From NCBI GenBank assembly GCA_951406725.2, contig OX597814.1:171802001-171866000 (forward strand): a stretch of DNA of 64,000 nucleotides, given 5' to 3'. Position numbers and translations under genes: made by a program. The stretch's first letter is position 1. Every line of letters starts with the position of its first letter. Below, piece after piece: positions 28,001 through 40,360 of the stretch. This stretch comes from Octopus vulgaris. Its lineage: Eukaryota. The notes under the pieces are model-generated. The model searched no databases. It was given only the letters and a program-made list of their open reading frames with translations, and was not told the origin of the DNA.

Positions 28001-28813
28001 GAATTTATAATTCTGATCAAAGCGATGAAAAAATCGATGTTCTTCAAGTGATACGTGAGAAAATTTGTGAAGCGGCCGGACTTAAAGGGTGTAAGATAAA
28101 ATATGAGACAGAAGTTTTATTCTTTGATTTGGTAGAAAGACCTTATATTTTGGTGGAAGACTGAAAAGCGTTTTTGGATAAAAGGGGAAAATGTGAGCAA
28201 AATTTACGGCCCCATCATGTATATAAGATAAAAATGAAAACAAAAGAAAAAATGACGAAAGAGAATATTAGCGACTTAAACGAAGAGAAAATATTTGAAA
28301 GTATGTAATGTTCTTGGTTTACTGGAAGCTGATTTCTCATTCTTTGGCTAGACATCAAGTAAAACAAGATAAAGTCAATTCTGATTTTTGGTCTTGGGAA
28401 AAGTGATTTCGTATGCACACGCGCCTCGTGCGTAAATTTTCGTGTATTATAGTCGTTCTTTAGCTCCCGAGTCAACACTGATCGAGTACACCCAAGATGA
28501 AGGCCTTTGCACACGTGACCATCTCATTTCATCAGGATTAGTTTATCGCCAATATGGTTACCTTTTTCACTGCAGGTATAACGATGACATCGGAGAGCTC
28601 TTAGTGGCTCGTGGTTTGGTATTTTTAAGAAAAATTAAGCGGAGAACGTTATTTCTTTACCTACATTTTCAAAGCGTAGACTGCTTGTAAATGGTTTTTC
28701 TTACAGTTGAAGGTTTGAGAGTTCGTTGTCTTGCTCCTCGATGATCTCCAAATAACGAGAGTTATGTTAATGAGTGTATCTGCACAGAAACAGTGCCAGA
28801 TTTATGCTCATAT

Positions 28814-29233
28814 ACTCTTTTTACTCTTTTACTCTTTTACTTGTTTCAGTCATTTGACTGCGGCCATGCTGGAGCACCGCCTTTAGTCGAGCAACTCGAC
28901 CCCGGGACTTATTCTTTTGTAAGCCCAGTACTTATTCTGTCGGTCTCTTTTGCGGAACCGCTAAGTGACGGGGATGTAAACACACCAGCATCGGTTGTCA
29001 AGCAATGCTAGGGGGACAAACACAGACACACAAACATATACATACACATACATATATATATACATATATACGACAGGCTTCTTTCAGTTTCTGTCTACCA
29101 AATCCACTCACAAGGCATTGGTCGGCCCGGGGCTATAGCAGAAGACACTTGCCCAAGATGCCACGCAGTGGGACTGAACCCGGAAACATGTGGTTGGTAA
29201 ACAAGCTACTTACCACACAGCCACTCCTGCGCC
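28814..29233 (-). mobile_element. SINE family B, full length
   Basis: Near-identical inverse of 41257-41682, including the AGTAAAAG-type tandem tail. Confidence 0.92.
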
Positions 29234-29979
29234 TATGTAAAAATCAATTGATTATAATTCCATTTGTATCAATATAACATTTGCCGTTTAGTATAAGGAC
29301 GTATAGAAATTATATTTCTGTTTTTATTATTTTTATTATTTGTTGCTGAGTCACTGCAGAGAGCTAGCAGTATATAAATACCAGTTGAACAATGGGGTCG
29401 ATGTTTACTTACAATCTTTTATGGTATGTGTTCAAACCCAATAGATCCAACTTCCTTTTCGGTCACCGAATTTTCTTTCTTTCTAATTTAGGCACAAGGT
29501 CACCAGTTTTAAAGAAAGGAAGAAATCGATTACATTACATAGATTCCAGCTCTCAACTGGTCCTTATTTTATTGAGTCCGAAAGGATGACGCGTAATGTC
29601 GACCCAGGCAGCATTTGAGATCAGAATGCAAATAACCGGAAGAAATAACACTAAGCATTTTGTCTGACGGGGTAACAATTGTGCAAGCATCAGCGGTCTT
29701 CTCGTTCATCTAAGATTAATAAAATATGAACCAGTTCAAGCCCTTGAGAATGTCAATCAGACGTCTGATGTTTGGAAGACACTGGTCCTGAGCCTTAATA
29801 ACACTTTTACTCTTACATTTTTGCTGTGATCCCCAAGCCGAGTGATGTTTGTCGTTTAGGGTGAATATTGCAGTTCTCAATTTAAATTAATTTTCTTCGT
29901 TACGTGATTCAGTTCTTTCTTTAGTTCTTTAGATTGTCTTGTACCTGCTTTCTGCTCACTATATGCGTTCAAACTAAAC

Positions 29980-30545
29980 ATTTGGTAGACGGAAACTGAA
30001 AGAAGCCCGTCGTATATATATACCATGTATATATCTATGTGCGTGTCTTTCTGTCTATGTTTGTCGTCCCACTGCCACTTGACAACTGATGTTGGTGTGT
30101 TTACGTCCCTGTAACTTAGCGGCTTGGCAAAAGAGTTCGATAGAACAAGTACCAGACAACGAGAAAAAAAATGAAGTCCATTCGTTCGACCAAAATTCTT
30201 CAGCATGGCCACATTCTAATGACTGAAACAAGTAAAAGATAAAAATTAAAAGGTAATATATATATATATATCTTTTACTTTTTATTTTTTATATATATAC
30301 AGGTCGACTTTGCCTTTCATCCTTTCGAGGTCGATAAATTAAGTACCAGTTACGCACTGGTGGTCGATGTAATTGACTTAATCCCTTTGTCTGTCCTTGT
30401 TTGTCCTATGTTTAGCCCTTGTGGGCAATGAAAAAATAAGAAGTTTCCTTCCCAACCACTTGGTTCCGAGTTCAGTCCCTGGGCAAGTGTCTCCAAAGTC
30501 TTGTGAGTGAATTTGGTAAAAAGGAAATTGAAAGTATCTAATATA
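29980..30545 (+). mobile_element. Fragments of SINE B (29980-30245, 30440-30545) and a truncated SINE A (30301-30440)
   Basis: Direct similarity to the full copies elsewhere in the window. Confidence 0.75.
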
Positions 30546-30590
30546 TATATGTCGTATTTTCTCTGTGTGTATGTATGTTTGTGTTTGTGA

Positions 30591-30617
<27 letters not shown>

Positions 30618-30621
<4 letters not shown>

Positions 30622-31952
30622 CTGTTATCCCTCACCACGAAGGACTGCAGGCCCTTCGACACTTTCTTGACCTCCGCTCTAACCCTGTACCTGACACCTC
30701 CACACTCATTCGTCTGGCCGAACTTGTCCTTACTCTGAACTGCTTCTCGTTCGCAGGCGAGTTCTACCATCAGGTCTCGGGAGTGGCCATGGGAACACGA
30801 ATGGGCCCCAACTATGCGAACCTGTTCGTTGGCTATGTTGAGGCCCAAATATTCTCTAATTTCACTGGTCCCACTCCTGAACTATATGGTCGTTACATTG
30901 ACGACATTATCGGTGCCACCTCACTCTCCCGTGAACATCTAGATTCCTTCCTCTCTTTCGTCCAATCTTTCCATCCAGCCCTCCACTTCACTTCCACTAT
31001 CTCCAACACCTCTGTCTCCTTCCTCGACATTTCGGTTAGCATTCTTCACTCCACTCTTACCACCTCCATTCACTACAAACACACAGACTCACACTCATAC
31101 CTCAACTTCTCTTCCTCCCACCCAGAACACACCAAGCTTTCCATCCCCTATTCCCAATTCCTCCGTCTACGTAGGCTCTGTAGTGACGACCATGACTTTG
31201 AGACTCAGTCTCAACGTATGGCTCACCACTTCACCCTATGTGGATACCCCCTCACCACTATCCACACCGCCCTTGCCAGAGCACGGTCCGTGGACCGTGT
31301 ATCTGCTCTCTCTCCCCGAACCCGCCCTGTAGTCTCCCGCCTCCCTTTTCCCCTCACTTACCACCCCACGACCCTACGTCTCCAACGCACCATTCTTCGA
31401 GCTTTCCGTCATCTCCAGTCCGACCCGTCCACTTCACACCTCTTCTCTAACCGACCCCTCCCCTCTTTCAAACGAGCCCACAACCTTCGAGACCTTTTGG
31501 TCCATAGCTCCTTCCCTGACCCTACCTCCCAACCCGGCTCGTTCCCCTGCTCCCGCCCACGTTGCCGCACTTGCCCTTACCTCTCCAACACCACCCTCCT
31601 CACTAGCACCCACCATCGACCCTATCCCATCATCCACTCCTTCACCTGCACCTCCAGCAATATTATCTATTGCGTCTCTTGCTCTCTCTGCCATTCCCTG
31701 TACATCGGACAAACGGGACGCCGCTTGGCTGACCGGTTCGCGGAACACCTTCGTGACATCCACCTTGCGAACGACACACCGGTCTCACGCCATTTCCGCT
31801 CCACCGGTCACTCCTTGCAACACCTATCTGTGTTCGGTTTGTCCTTACACAGAGGCCATCCGGATTCCCGTTTGCGCCGTGAACAGGAATTAATCTTCTC
31901 TCTTCGCTCTTATACGCCATTTGGTCTCAACTCTCACCCCCTCCTCATCTAA
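30618..31952 (+). CDS. Penelope-like element polyprotein, 5'-truncated: reverse transcriptase + Cys-rich linker + GIY-YIG endonuclease (Neptune-like)
   Basis: YTVIPH (end of motif A), QVSGVAMGTRMGPNYANLFV (motif B), RYIDDI (motif C), SFLDI, SSHP..K.SIPYSQFLRLRRLCS, CSRPRCRTC linker, IIYCVSCSLC..LYIGQTGRRLADRFAEH, REQELI..GLN. No stops over about 444 codons. The annotated start at 30591 is only microsatellite. Confidence 0.95.
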
Positions 31953-32299
31953 CCCCCTCTCCCCCTCCTCACCTATCCTTCCCCCGACCCCTACTTCTTC
32001 AGTCCTTCACCCTTTCACCCCTACTCCCCTTCCCTTCTTCCCTCTTTCTCCCTCCCTCCTTCCGTCTTCCCCTTCCCTCTGCTCCCTCACTCCCCTTCTC
32101 TCTCCCCCTCTCCCTCTTTCCTCCTTCCTCCCCCCTTCCTTCTCCCCCTCCTCTCCTCTTCCCCCTCTCCTCCCCCTATTCTTCCCCTCCCCCTCTTCTT
32201 CCCCTCCCCCTCTTCTCCCCCTCCCCCTCTTCTCCTCACTACACCACACGACTTTACACATCACATCATATATGATGTGCCATACTGATACATACACCA

Positions 32300-32640
32300 A
32301 CTAATACATACTAATACGTACTAATACATACTAATACATACTAATACATACACCAACCCTATACATACACGCGTTCAGACCCCTCATACGCACTTATACT
32401 CTCTCGTACACACACACACACACACACACTTATACATACTAATACGTACTAATACATACTAATACATACTAATACATACACCAACCCCATACATACGCAC
32501 GTCCAGACCTATCCTACGCACTAATACTCTCTCATACACACACACACACACACACACACACCCTTATACATACTAATACATACTAATACATACACCAACC
32601 CTATACATACACACGTCCAGACCTCTCCTACGCCTTAATA
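32300..32640 (+). repeat. Three roughly 115-bp tandem units built from (TACTAATACA)n and (CA)n inside the PLE 3' region
   Basis: TACTAATACA arrays followed by TACACCAACCC-ATACATAC..CAGACC recur near 32300, 32435 and 32570. Confidence 0.85.
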
Positions 32641-32809
32641 GCTGGTCATTCAACCCTATTATCAACCCTATTATCTCCCCTTATTTCGCTCTCGCGTCTC
32701 ATGTTTGATCTTTGACCTCTGGCCGAAATCAGGTCGCCATGTTGATTCGTTAGTTACTGCACGCTTTTTTTTCTCTCCTTTTTTCTGTGTTTTTTTTTCT
32801 CTCTGTGTA

Positions 32810-32847
32810 TCTTTCTGTTGAAGAGCGTAGGCTCGAAACGTTAAAGA
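32810..32847 (+). ncRNA. Minimal type-I hammerhead of the PLE with an A6->U core variant
   Basis: TCTTT CTGTTGA A GAGC GTAG GCTC GAAA CG TT AAAGA. Perfect 5-bp stem I, 4-bp stem II, ACGT palindrome, GUU triplet. Confidence 0.75.
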
Positions 32848-32944
32848 CTTGTTTTATTTATATTTCCTGAGCGCCATACTAATACAATTGTTTGTTTGTT
32901 TTCCACCTGCCTTCGTCTTTTGTCTATTTTCATAAAGCTTCCCG

Positions 32945-32998
<54 letters not shown>

Positions 32999-33016
32999 AT
33001 ATATATATATTTATAG

Positions 33017-33162
33017 TCGCAGGAGTAGCTTGCTTACCAACCACATGGTTCCGGGTTCAGTGCCACTGAATGACACCTTGGGCAAGTGTCTTCTACTATA
33101 ACCTTGGGCCGACCAAAGCCTTGTGAATGGATTTGGTAGACAGAGCCTAAAAGAAGCTCGTC

Positions 33163-33215
<53 letters not shown>

Positions 33216-33412
33216 TATATATGTATGTATGTGTGTGTATATGTTTGTGTGTCTGTATTTGTCCCCCCAATATCACTTGACAACCAATGCTGGTGTGTTT
33301 ACGTCCCCGTAAGTTAGCGGTTCGGCAAAAGAGACCGATAGAATAAGTACTAGGCTTACAAAAGAATAAGTCCTGGGGTCGTTTTGCTCGACTAAAAGGC
33401 GGTGCTCCGGGA
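33017..33412 (+). mobile_element. SINE family B
   Basis: Matches 41257-41682 with a small head deletion and a truncated tail. Confidence 0.88.
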
Positions 33413-33714
33413 AAGCCAAAAGAATGAAAGCTGAGAAAGGGATGGGGAGAGAGAGGTTAAGAGTGCACATCATTATTAATATTAAGAACATTCTTACTTA
33501 GAAATGGATGCGTGCGTTCCGTCATATAATAAATTAATAAATAAATAAAACATATGCATATATACATATATATATGTACGTACCTACCTCTACATGTATA
33601 TATACATGCATATATGGGTATAGGACACAAAATAAAACGTCGAACACAATGAGAAACAAAAACATAAACACAGAACCAAGGAAATGGACATTTTTATTAT
33701 ATATATATGCACAT

Positions 33715-34097
33715 ATGGAGGCGCAATGGCCCATTGGTTAGGGCAGCGGACTCGCAGTCGTAGGATCGTGGTTTCGATTCCCAGACCGGGCGTTGTGTGT
33801 GTTTATTGAGCGAAAACACCTAAAAGCTCCGCGAAGCTCCGGCAGGGGGTGGTGGTGATCCCTGCTGTACTCTTTCACCACAACGTTCTCTCACTCTTAC
33901 TTCCTGTTTCTGTTGTACCTGTATTTCAAAGGGCCGGCCTTGTCACTCTCTATGTCACGCTGAATATCCCCGAGAACTACGTTAAGGGTACACGTGTCTG
34001 AGGAGTGCTCAGCCACTTACACGTTAATTTCACGAGCAGGCTGTTCCGTTGATTCGGATCAACCGGAACCCTCGTCGTCGTAACCGACGGACTGCTT
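33715..34097 (+). mobile_element. SINE family C, tail type 2
   Basis: A box TGGCCCATTGG and B box GTTTCGATTCCC. The first 185 bp or so match the inverse of 4450-4633, then the tail differs. Confidence 0.88.
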
Positions 34098-34115
34098 CCA
34101 CATATATGTGTATGT

Positions 34116-34164
<49 letters not shown>

Positions 34165-34614
34165 CCAAAATAGTACAGATCCGTTCCAAATTAGCAATGC
34201 GAAACATTTATGATTCATTTCTGGGGACGTATACTTTCATTTTCTATTTAGTTATAGGAGCGAGGACATTACACTTTTGTTACTAGCGCGAGGATTGGTA
34301 ACGTTCTTGTTGTTGTTAATATCGATGAATTTATTTAGCGTTGTCATCAGTGTTTATACGAGCAATTGGTTGCATAACTGTTATTTTTTTTTTTACATAT
34401 GTGTGTGTGTGTATACAGAAGTGTGTGTACATGTGCATGCATGTATTCATATGTTTTTGTGAATTATTATTTGATGACGTTCAGAATGATGATGTAACGA
34501 CCTTTTTAGTGTTTGTTATAAACTTCATTTTCGTTATTCTGATATGCTCACACTATCTAGTGAGGTTTAAAGACCATAACGTGATCCAAGCATTCACTGT
34601 TCAGGAAATGTCTC

Positions 34615-34705
<91 letters not shown>

Positions 34706-34965
34706 ACCATTATTTGTATTCAGCATTTTTCTGTTAAGCTTGTTTCTCGTTTTCGTTTCGTCAGATAAGAGTAGTTCTAACACGTTTTTATCACATAATT
34801 CCAGGTTTCTTAATAATAAACTTTCACAGACTATAAAGAAAAGGTAGGAAAAAAAATCTGTATGTCGTGCCCTCACAAATGGTTACATGTAGCCTGTGAA
34901 CGTATATATATATATGTACATACATATATATATACTTACGTCCATATATCCATGTGCATATATAC

Positions 34966-35019
<54 letters not shown>

Positions 35020-35043
35020 TATATACTTACATTTCATATATCC

Positions 35044-35091
<48 letters not shown>

Positions 35092-35143
35092 GTATGTATG
35101 TATAATATGCATATCAGTTTGTTTATGCATGTATGAATGTATG

Positions 35144-35201
<58 letters not shown>

Positions 35202-35237
35202 CACATATATGTACATACATCTATATATATGTACATA

Positions 35238-35283
<46 letters not shown>

Positions 35284-36239
35284 GCTGTTACTGTAAATGC
35301 GTAAAATATGCTGATGACATATTAAGAGGAGTAGGAAGAGTGAAATGCATCTACAATATCTGACAAAATGCAAGGAATGGGAGAAAGAAAATAAATATTC
35401 TGAATAAACACCCCCCTACCAAAAAAAAAAAAAAAGATTGCTTTCATGACATTGAGAAACAAAAATTGCAAAAATATTGCTAATGATTTATTGAGAATTT
35501 AATGTTAAAACAGGACTTAGTGGCAGCCGGTTGAGAAATGCTTTGTTGAATTTAGTTGTGCTCTTATATAATCTGAATTCAAAATACACCGATGTGCAAC
35601 GGAACGTTTGTCCTTCTGGGCTTGGTGATGTTGTTATGCATTCTGACCCAGGTTGGTCCTCTCATTGGGCAGAATGAGATCAAAGGGGTTCAAGCTATTC
35701 TCAGGCTGTTATACATTGAGAACCAGATTGATCCTCCCATTGCGCAGAATGTGATCAAAGAATTCAAGCTATTCTCAAGCAGTCTTTTCGTAAAATATAG
35801 TGCATCAAGAGCTATGATCTAATATAAATTTTACTTTCTTTAAAATAATGAAGTGATTCTTAAGGAGACTGCACTGTTATTTCTAGCTTGTCATTGGTTC
35901 TGGAATTGATAAAAGGAAAGATCAAGTAATGATTTAATACACTGCGGCCAGTACGTTAACTGAACAGCACAAATCGACATACCTTGTTATTTTTACACCG
36001 GTTTCAGTCATTGGCTGGAATGCTGAGACATTGCGTTCAAGGGTTTAATAATTATATTACTAATTCAAAATAAATTCATAATTTTATGAAAATGTTGGAC
36101 GACATTGAGTGGTCATAGGTTCCTTGATGTAGACTCCTTACAACACTCTCTCAGAGATGTTTTTAAGTTGAAGCTAACCAGCATATATTTTGTCATACGG
36201 TGGAAAGTGCGTGCTAACGATTCTACCACCTAGCCGATT

Positions 36240-36291
<52 letters not shown>

Positions 36292-36747
36292 ATACTAGCT
36301 AATATATAAGTACTCATACATACATACATACATACACATACATAAATAAATAAATACATACATACATACATACATACATACATACATACATACATACATA
36401 CATAGAATGCTATCTGCAGGTTAGCTCGTACCTCAAAGGTACGTTAGAACCAGCGTGTATTTATACCTTAAAAAACAAGGAATATTGGTGGAGCACTCTA
36501 ATGAAAAATGGATACCTGCCGCCGGTGCGGCCCTCATACTCTCCAGTTGTCACAGCCTTGATATTCTACCGAGTCAAAAAACAGGAAGGGCCGAAAGAGT
36601 GTCCTTGTCTGCTCACACCTACATAGGTGTCTACAAAAGTTAGTGAATGTATTGTACACGCGACTTAGTCATACTGGCTTGCCAATAGTGGCTATATTGC
36701 ATGATTCGACAAATATGTATTTATATGTACATATATATCTATACATC

Positions 36748-37167
36748 AAGGCAGCGAGCTGGCAGAAACGTTAGCACGCCGGGCGAAATGCATAGCCGTA
36801 TTTCGTCTGCCGCTACGTTCTGAGTTCAAATTCCGCCGAGGTCGACTTTGCCTTTCATCCTTTCGGGGTCGATTAAATAAGTACCAGTTACGCACTGGAG
36901 TCGATATAATCAACTTAATCCGTTTGTCTGTCTTTGTTTGTCCCTTCTGTGTTTAAGTCCCTTGTGGGTTGTAAAGAAAAAAGTATTTCGTCTGCTGTTA
37001 CGTTCTGAGTTGAATTTCCGCCGAGGACGACTTTGCCTTTCATCCTTTCGGGGTCGATTAAATAAGTACCAGTTACGCACTGGGGTCGATGTAAATAGAC
37101 TTAATCTTTTTGTCTGTCCTTGTTTGTCTCCTCTATGTTTATCCTCTTGTGGGCAATAAAGAAATAG
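36748..37167 (+). mobile_element. SINE family A head-to-tail dimer
   Basis: A full copy followed by a second unit starting at GTATTTCGTCTG. ATATATCTATACAT occurs on both flanks. Confidence 0.9.
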
Positions 37168-38626
37168 ATATTATATATCTATACATGTATATTTCTTTTA
37201 TTCTTTTATTTGTTTTAATCAGTTGACTACGGCCATGCTGGAGCAAGGTGTAAAGTTGAGATATGTTCGAAAATTTTGTTATTTAGGATTGGGTTGCAGT
37301 GACAGATGTGGAGTTTTTCTGTGAGATGCAAGTGACATAACCAGATCAGTTCCTTAAGCGCAGGCACTATCTCTATAATTACCCTTATATTGAGATATAA
37401 TGAAATATTTCTATTTACGGCACATAATTATAACAGACTGTGCCCATTTCTAACATAGGGGTGTATTGAGCATTTTTGCGCTTTTGTACGACAAGGAAAC
37501 AAATACAAATAACCTCAATATATTTATGTAAGAATTGTAACTGATAAACACAGATTATACAGTTAAGGATATTTAATTCATGCTCATTGCTTTTTAACTG
37601 AAAGGACGACATTGAAATGTTTCTCATATTTTGGTAACCTGGAGTGTATCACGTGGTGTTAACATGTCATATTTACTCTACATTCGCATACATTCTCTTC
37701 TCTATTTATCAACTTAATATCTTTATATTAAGTAAATATTAAATGAAGAAACCTTTCTCTTGGCCACATATATAGTCATAATGGATAACGTAATCATAAC
37801 TGACGCTATGACAATAACGTTTATCATATATATCAAATTTTCGCTTGTAGAATACACATAATCCCACAACTACTGTAAGAAGCATTGTATGGTATAATCC
37901 AGACTTTAGTTTAATTCTATATTCACATATTACCAGAGACTTCTAAAGTTTAATCACTTTACCAGAGACTTCTAAAATTTAATCACTTTTCATTGCAAAA
38001 TCAATTAGGCTAAATTATTCTTATAAAAATTTTCTAAGTTCCATTAACAATCTTAATTCTAGAAAACTTCCCAACAACGACAACAACAATATATACAGTC
38101 TTCTAGTTTTAACTCAATTAGTTCAAACAATTACTCCCTTATAATAATTTTCTTTCGAAAACTGTACTGCTTGACTGGAAATTGTCATAAAGTTCACTTT
38201 TATCAACGGAGTAACTTATTATTCCAGGGGCCTTACCAAACCCGCCTGGTTTGCAAAATAGAATCGGTGGCGATTAGAATCCCAAGACCAATTTTCAGTC
38301 AAGCTAACCCATAAGTCCATTGAAATTTTAATTCAAATATTCACTGTAAACTCTTCTTAAACGAGAAGTTATTTATGATATTTCAAAACGATTGCCAAAA
38401 CGAATAATCTCAGACTTTGTATTATGATGCAGACACACCACCAAGTAGTTACTTAGCAATTATGTAATGTCAAATTGCTAGCAGTAACAATGATATTTAT
38501 TTCAAATACCTGAAAATTCAGAAAGTTTGGAACAATGTGACCAACGATCATGAGTACTGTAAACACACCTAAATACTTTGATCTTGTTTAAAGATTTAGT
38601 CCGCAAGTGTCACTATGGCCTGCATT

Positions 38627-38673
<47 letters not shown>

Positions 38674-38678
<5 letters not shown>

Positions 38679-39308
38679 GAGAGGTTTAGTTCACTGATGA
38701 TCTAAACCAGTTGGTACGCTGCATAAGCGTTATAATTGGTTATCCAGTAGTTTCCAAGTTCACAGATGAGGCTGGGGCTAGGGATCCGTAGAATGCTTCT
38801 GAGATACCAAGTATATATTAGAGGAAAAAGGGCAAAAAAAATCAAGGTAGGACGGGTATTTCAAATCATTTAGAATATGTAATTAGAGTAAGGTGAATCA
38901 AAAATGGAGAAGTAGATGTAATAATGTCTTATAGCTGTATCTGGGATATCCCACGTGGTGGGTCAACACCCCCATATACTGTCTCTGATGATGGAATACC
39001 CAGCGTATGGGATGTTGACCCACCACTTGGAATATCCCAGAAACAGCTATAAGACATTAATTCCTTCTAATCCTCCATTTTTGATTCACCTTACTCTAAT
39101 TACCTATTCTAAATTATTTGAGATATCCGTTCTACCTTGATTTTTGTTGCCCTTTTCCCTCTAATATATACCTGCTAACTCGGAAGCCTACTACAAATCC
39201 CTAGCCCCAGGCTCAGCTGTGAACATGGAACCTAACGGTTGACCACTTATAGCACTTACGCAGTGTCCCTACTGGTTTAGATCATCAGTGAACTACTCCC
39301 CTCATATT
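38674..39308. repeat. About 635-bp foldback (two roughly 305-bp inverted arms) with a hammerhead at its centre
   Basis: 38674-38981 is the diverged inverse of 39001-39308. Flanked by (GA)n and (TCTA)n. Confidence 0.9.
38980..39056 (+). ncRNA. Type-I hammerhead motif (GAAACAGCT class)
   Basis: TGTCT CTGATGA [TGGAATACCC...GGAATATCCCA] GAAA CAGCTA TA AGACA. Perfect 5-bp stem I and canonical core, with G16.2->A in stem III. Confidence 0.78.
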
Positions 39309-39311
39309 CTG

Positions 39312-39364
<53 letters not shown>

Positions 39365-39370
<6 letters not shown>

Positions 39371-39560
39371 CCCTTTTCTCCTCTTTTTTCTTCTTTTTTC
39401 ATTTTTTCTTTTCTTTTTTTCCCTTTTTTCCCTTTTTTCCCTTTTACGATCCCTTTTGATCGAAAACCTACGCCACCTTTTTTTTTTCTTCCCCAAAAGA
39501 AAAGCTCTACCTTGTAACTTGTCCCATCTGTGTGCAGCCCTGTGTGGCCAATAAAGAAAC
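39365..39560 (+). mobile_element. Short 3'-end fragment: polypyrimidine tract + tail homologous to the SINE A tail, ending AATAAA next to (TA)n
   Basis: CCTTGTAACTTGTCCCATCTGTGTGCAGCCCTGTGTGGCCAATAAAGAAA versus SINE A CCTTGT--TTGTCCCCTCTGTGTTTAGCCCCTTGTGGG(C/T)AATAAAGAAA. Confidence 0.55.
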
Positions 39561-39986
39561 TTATATATATATATATATATATATATATGTTTGTATGTAT
39601 GTATATATGGCTAGACAAGTAGGCCATGCTGACAAAATACATATATATTATTAATATAGGAATTTATAAACACTTTATTGTTTTGTGTAATATACTCTAA
39701 TCTCTACCATTCCAAGTTCAGCCACTCACCCTTTTTCAATCAACGGTTATATCGTTATCCTATAAGATTCCGTTATTCCGTGTGATCAAATCCTCGTCTG
39801 CGAAAATATTCAAATATTTTTAATGTATATTCATTATATAACGTATCTTATTTTTTGCATAATCATCCGAACACTGACATCGAGAAATTTATAGTAATAA
39901 TTTATAATAATAATAATTTATACAGTAATAATTTTCAATCCTAGCTTACCAATACTGTGTATGTGTATGTGCGTGCGTGTGACCGT

Positions 39987-40052
<66 letters not shown>

Positions 40053-40159
40053 TGTGATTAAGTGTTTCTTCGCATATTTTGAAGTATCTTTATTTACAGA
40101 AAATAGTGTTAAATCACAAATGCCAGCAAAGTGTAATAATATATAGTATTATTTTTTTC

Positions 40160-40360
40160 TACTCTAGAAACAAGGCCCGAAATTTTGGGGGAGGGGGCCA
40201 GTCGATTAGATCGACCCCAGTACGCAACCGGTACTTAATGTATCGACCCCGAAAGGATGAAATCGACCACTGCGGAATTTGAACTCAGAACGTAAAGACA
40301 GACGAAATGCCGCTAAGTATTTCGTCCGGCGTGCTAACGTTTCTGCCAGCTCGCCGTCTT
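40160..40360 (-). mobile_element. SINE family A (second tail type)
   Basis: Head and central domain match the family. Confidence 0.85.

Larger units (their letters stand above)
30618..32945 (+). mobile_element. Penelope-like retroelement inserted in a (TA)n tract
   Basis: ORF, then a polypyrimidine tract 31953-32235, tandem repeats 32300-32640 and a hammerhead-like motif 32810-32847. (TA)n at both junctions. Confidence 0.9.

Noticed and set aside
27974-28690. Possible exons after CTTCTCTAG (about 27974) and TTTTTCACTGCAG (about 28576)
   Set aside because: Acceptors are plausible, but donors are weak and the peptides are unrecognisable.
30591-30617. Annotated start of the 453-aa ORF
   Set aside because: GTG plus (TA)n flank read in frame by chance. 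The element is truncated within RT motif A and cannot encode a complete RT.
32300-32640. CRISPR-like spaced repeats
   Set aside because: Low-complexity tandem units with non-unique spacers in a eukaryotic retroelement, and no cas genes.
35640-35780. Short tandem duplications (also 37930-37990, 51320-51475, 11410-11465)
   Set aside because: Ordinary local duplications in old repeats or microsatellites.
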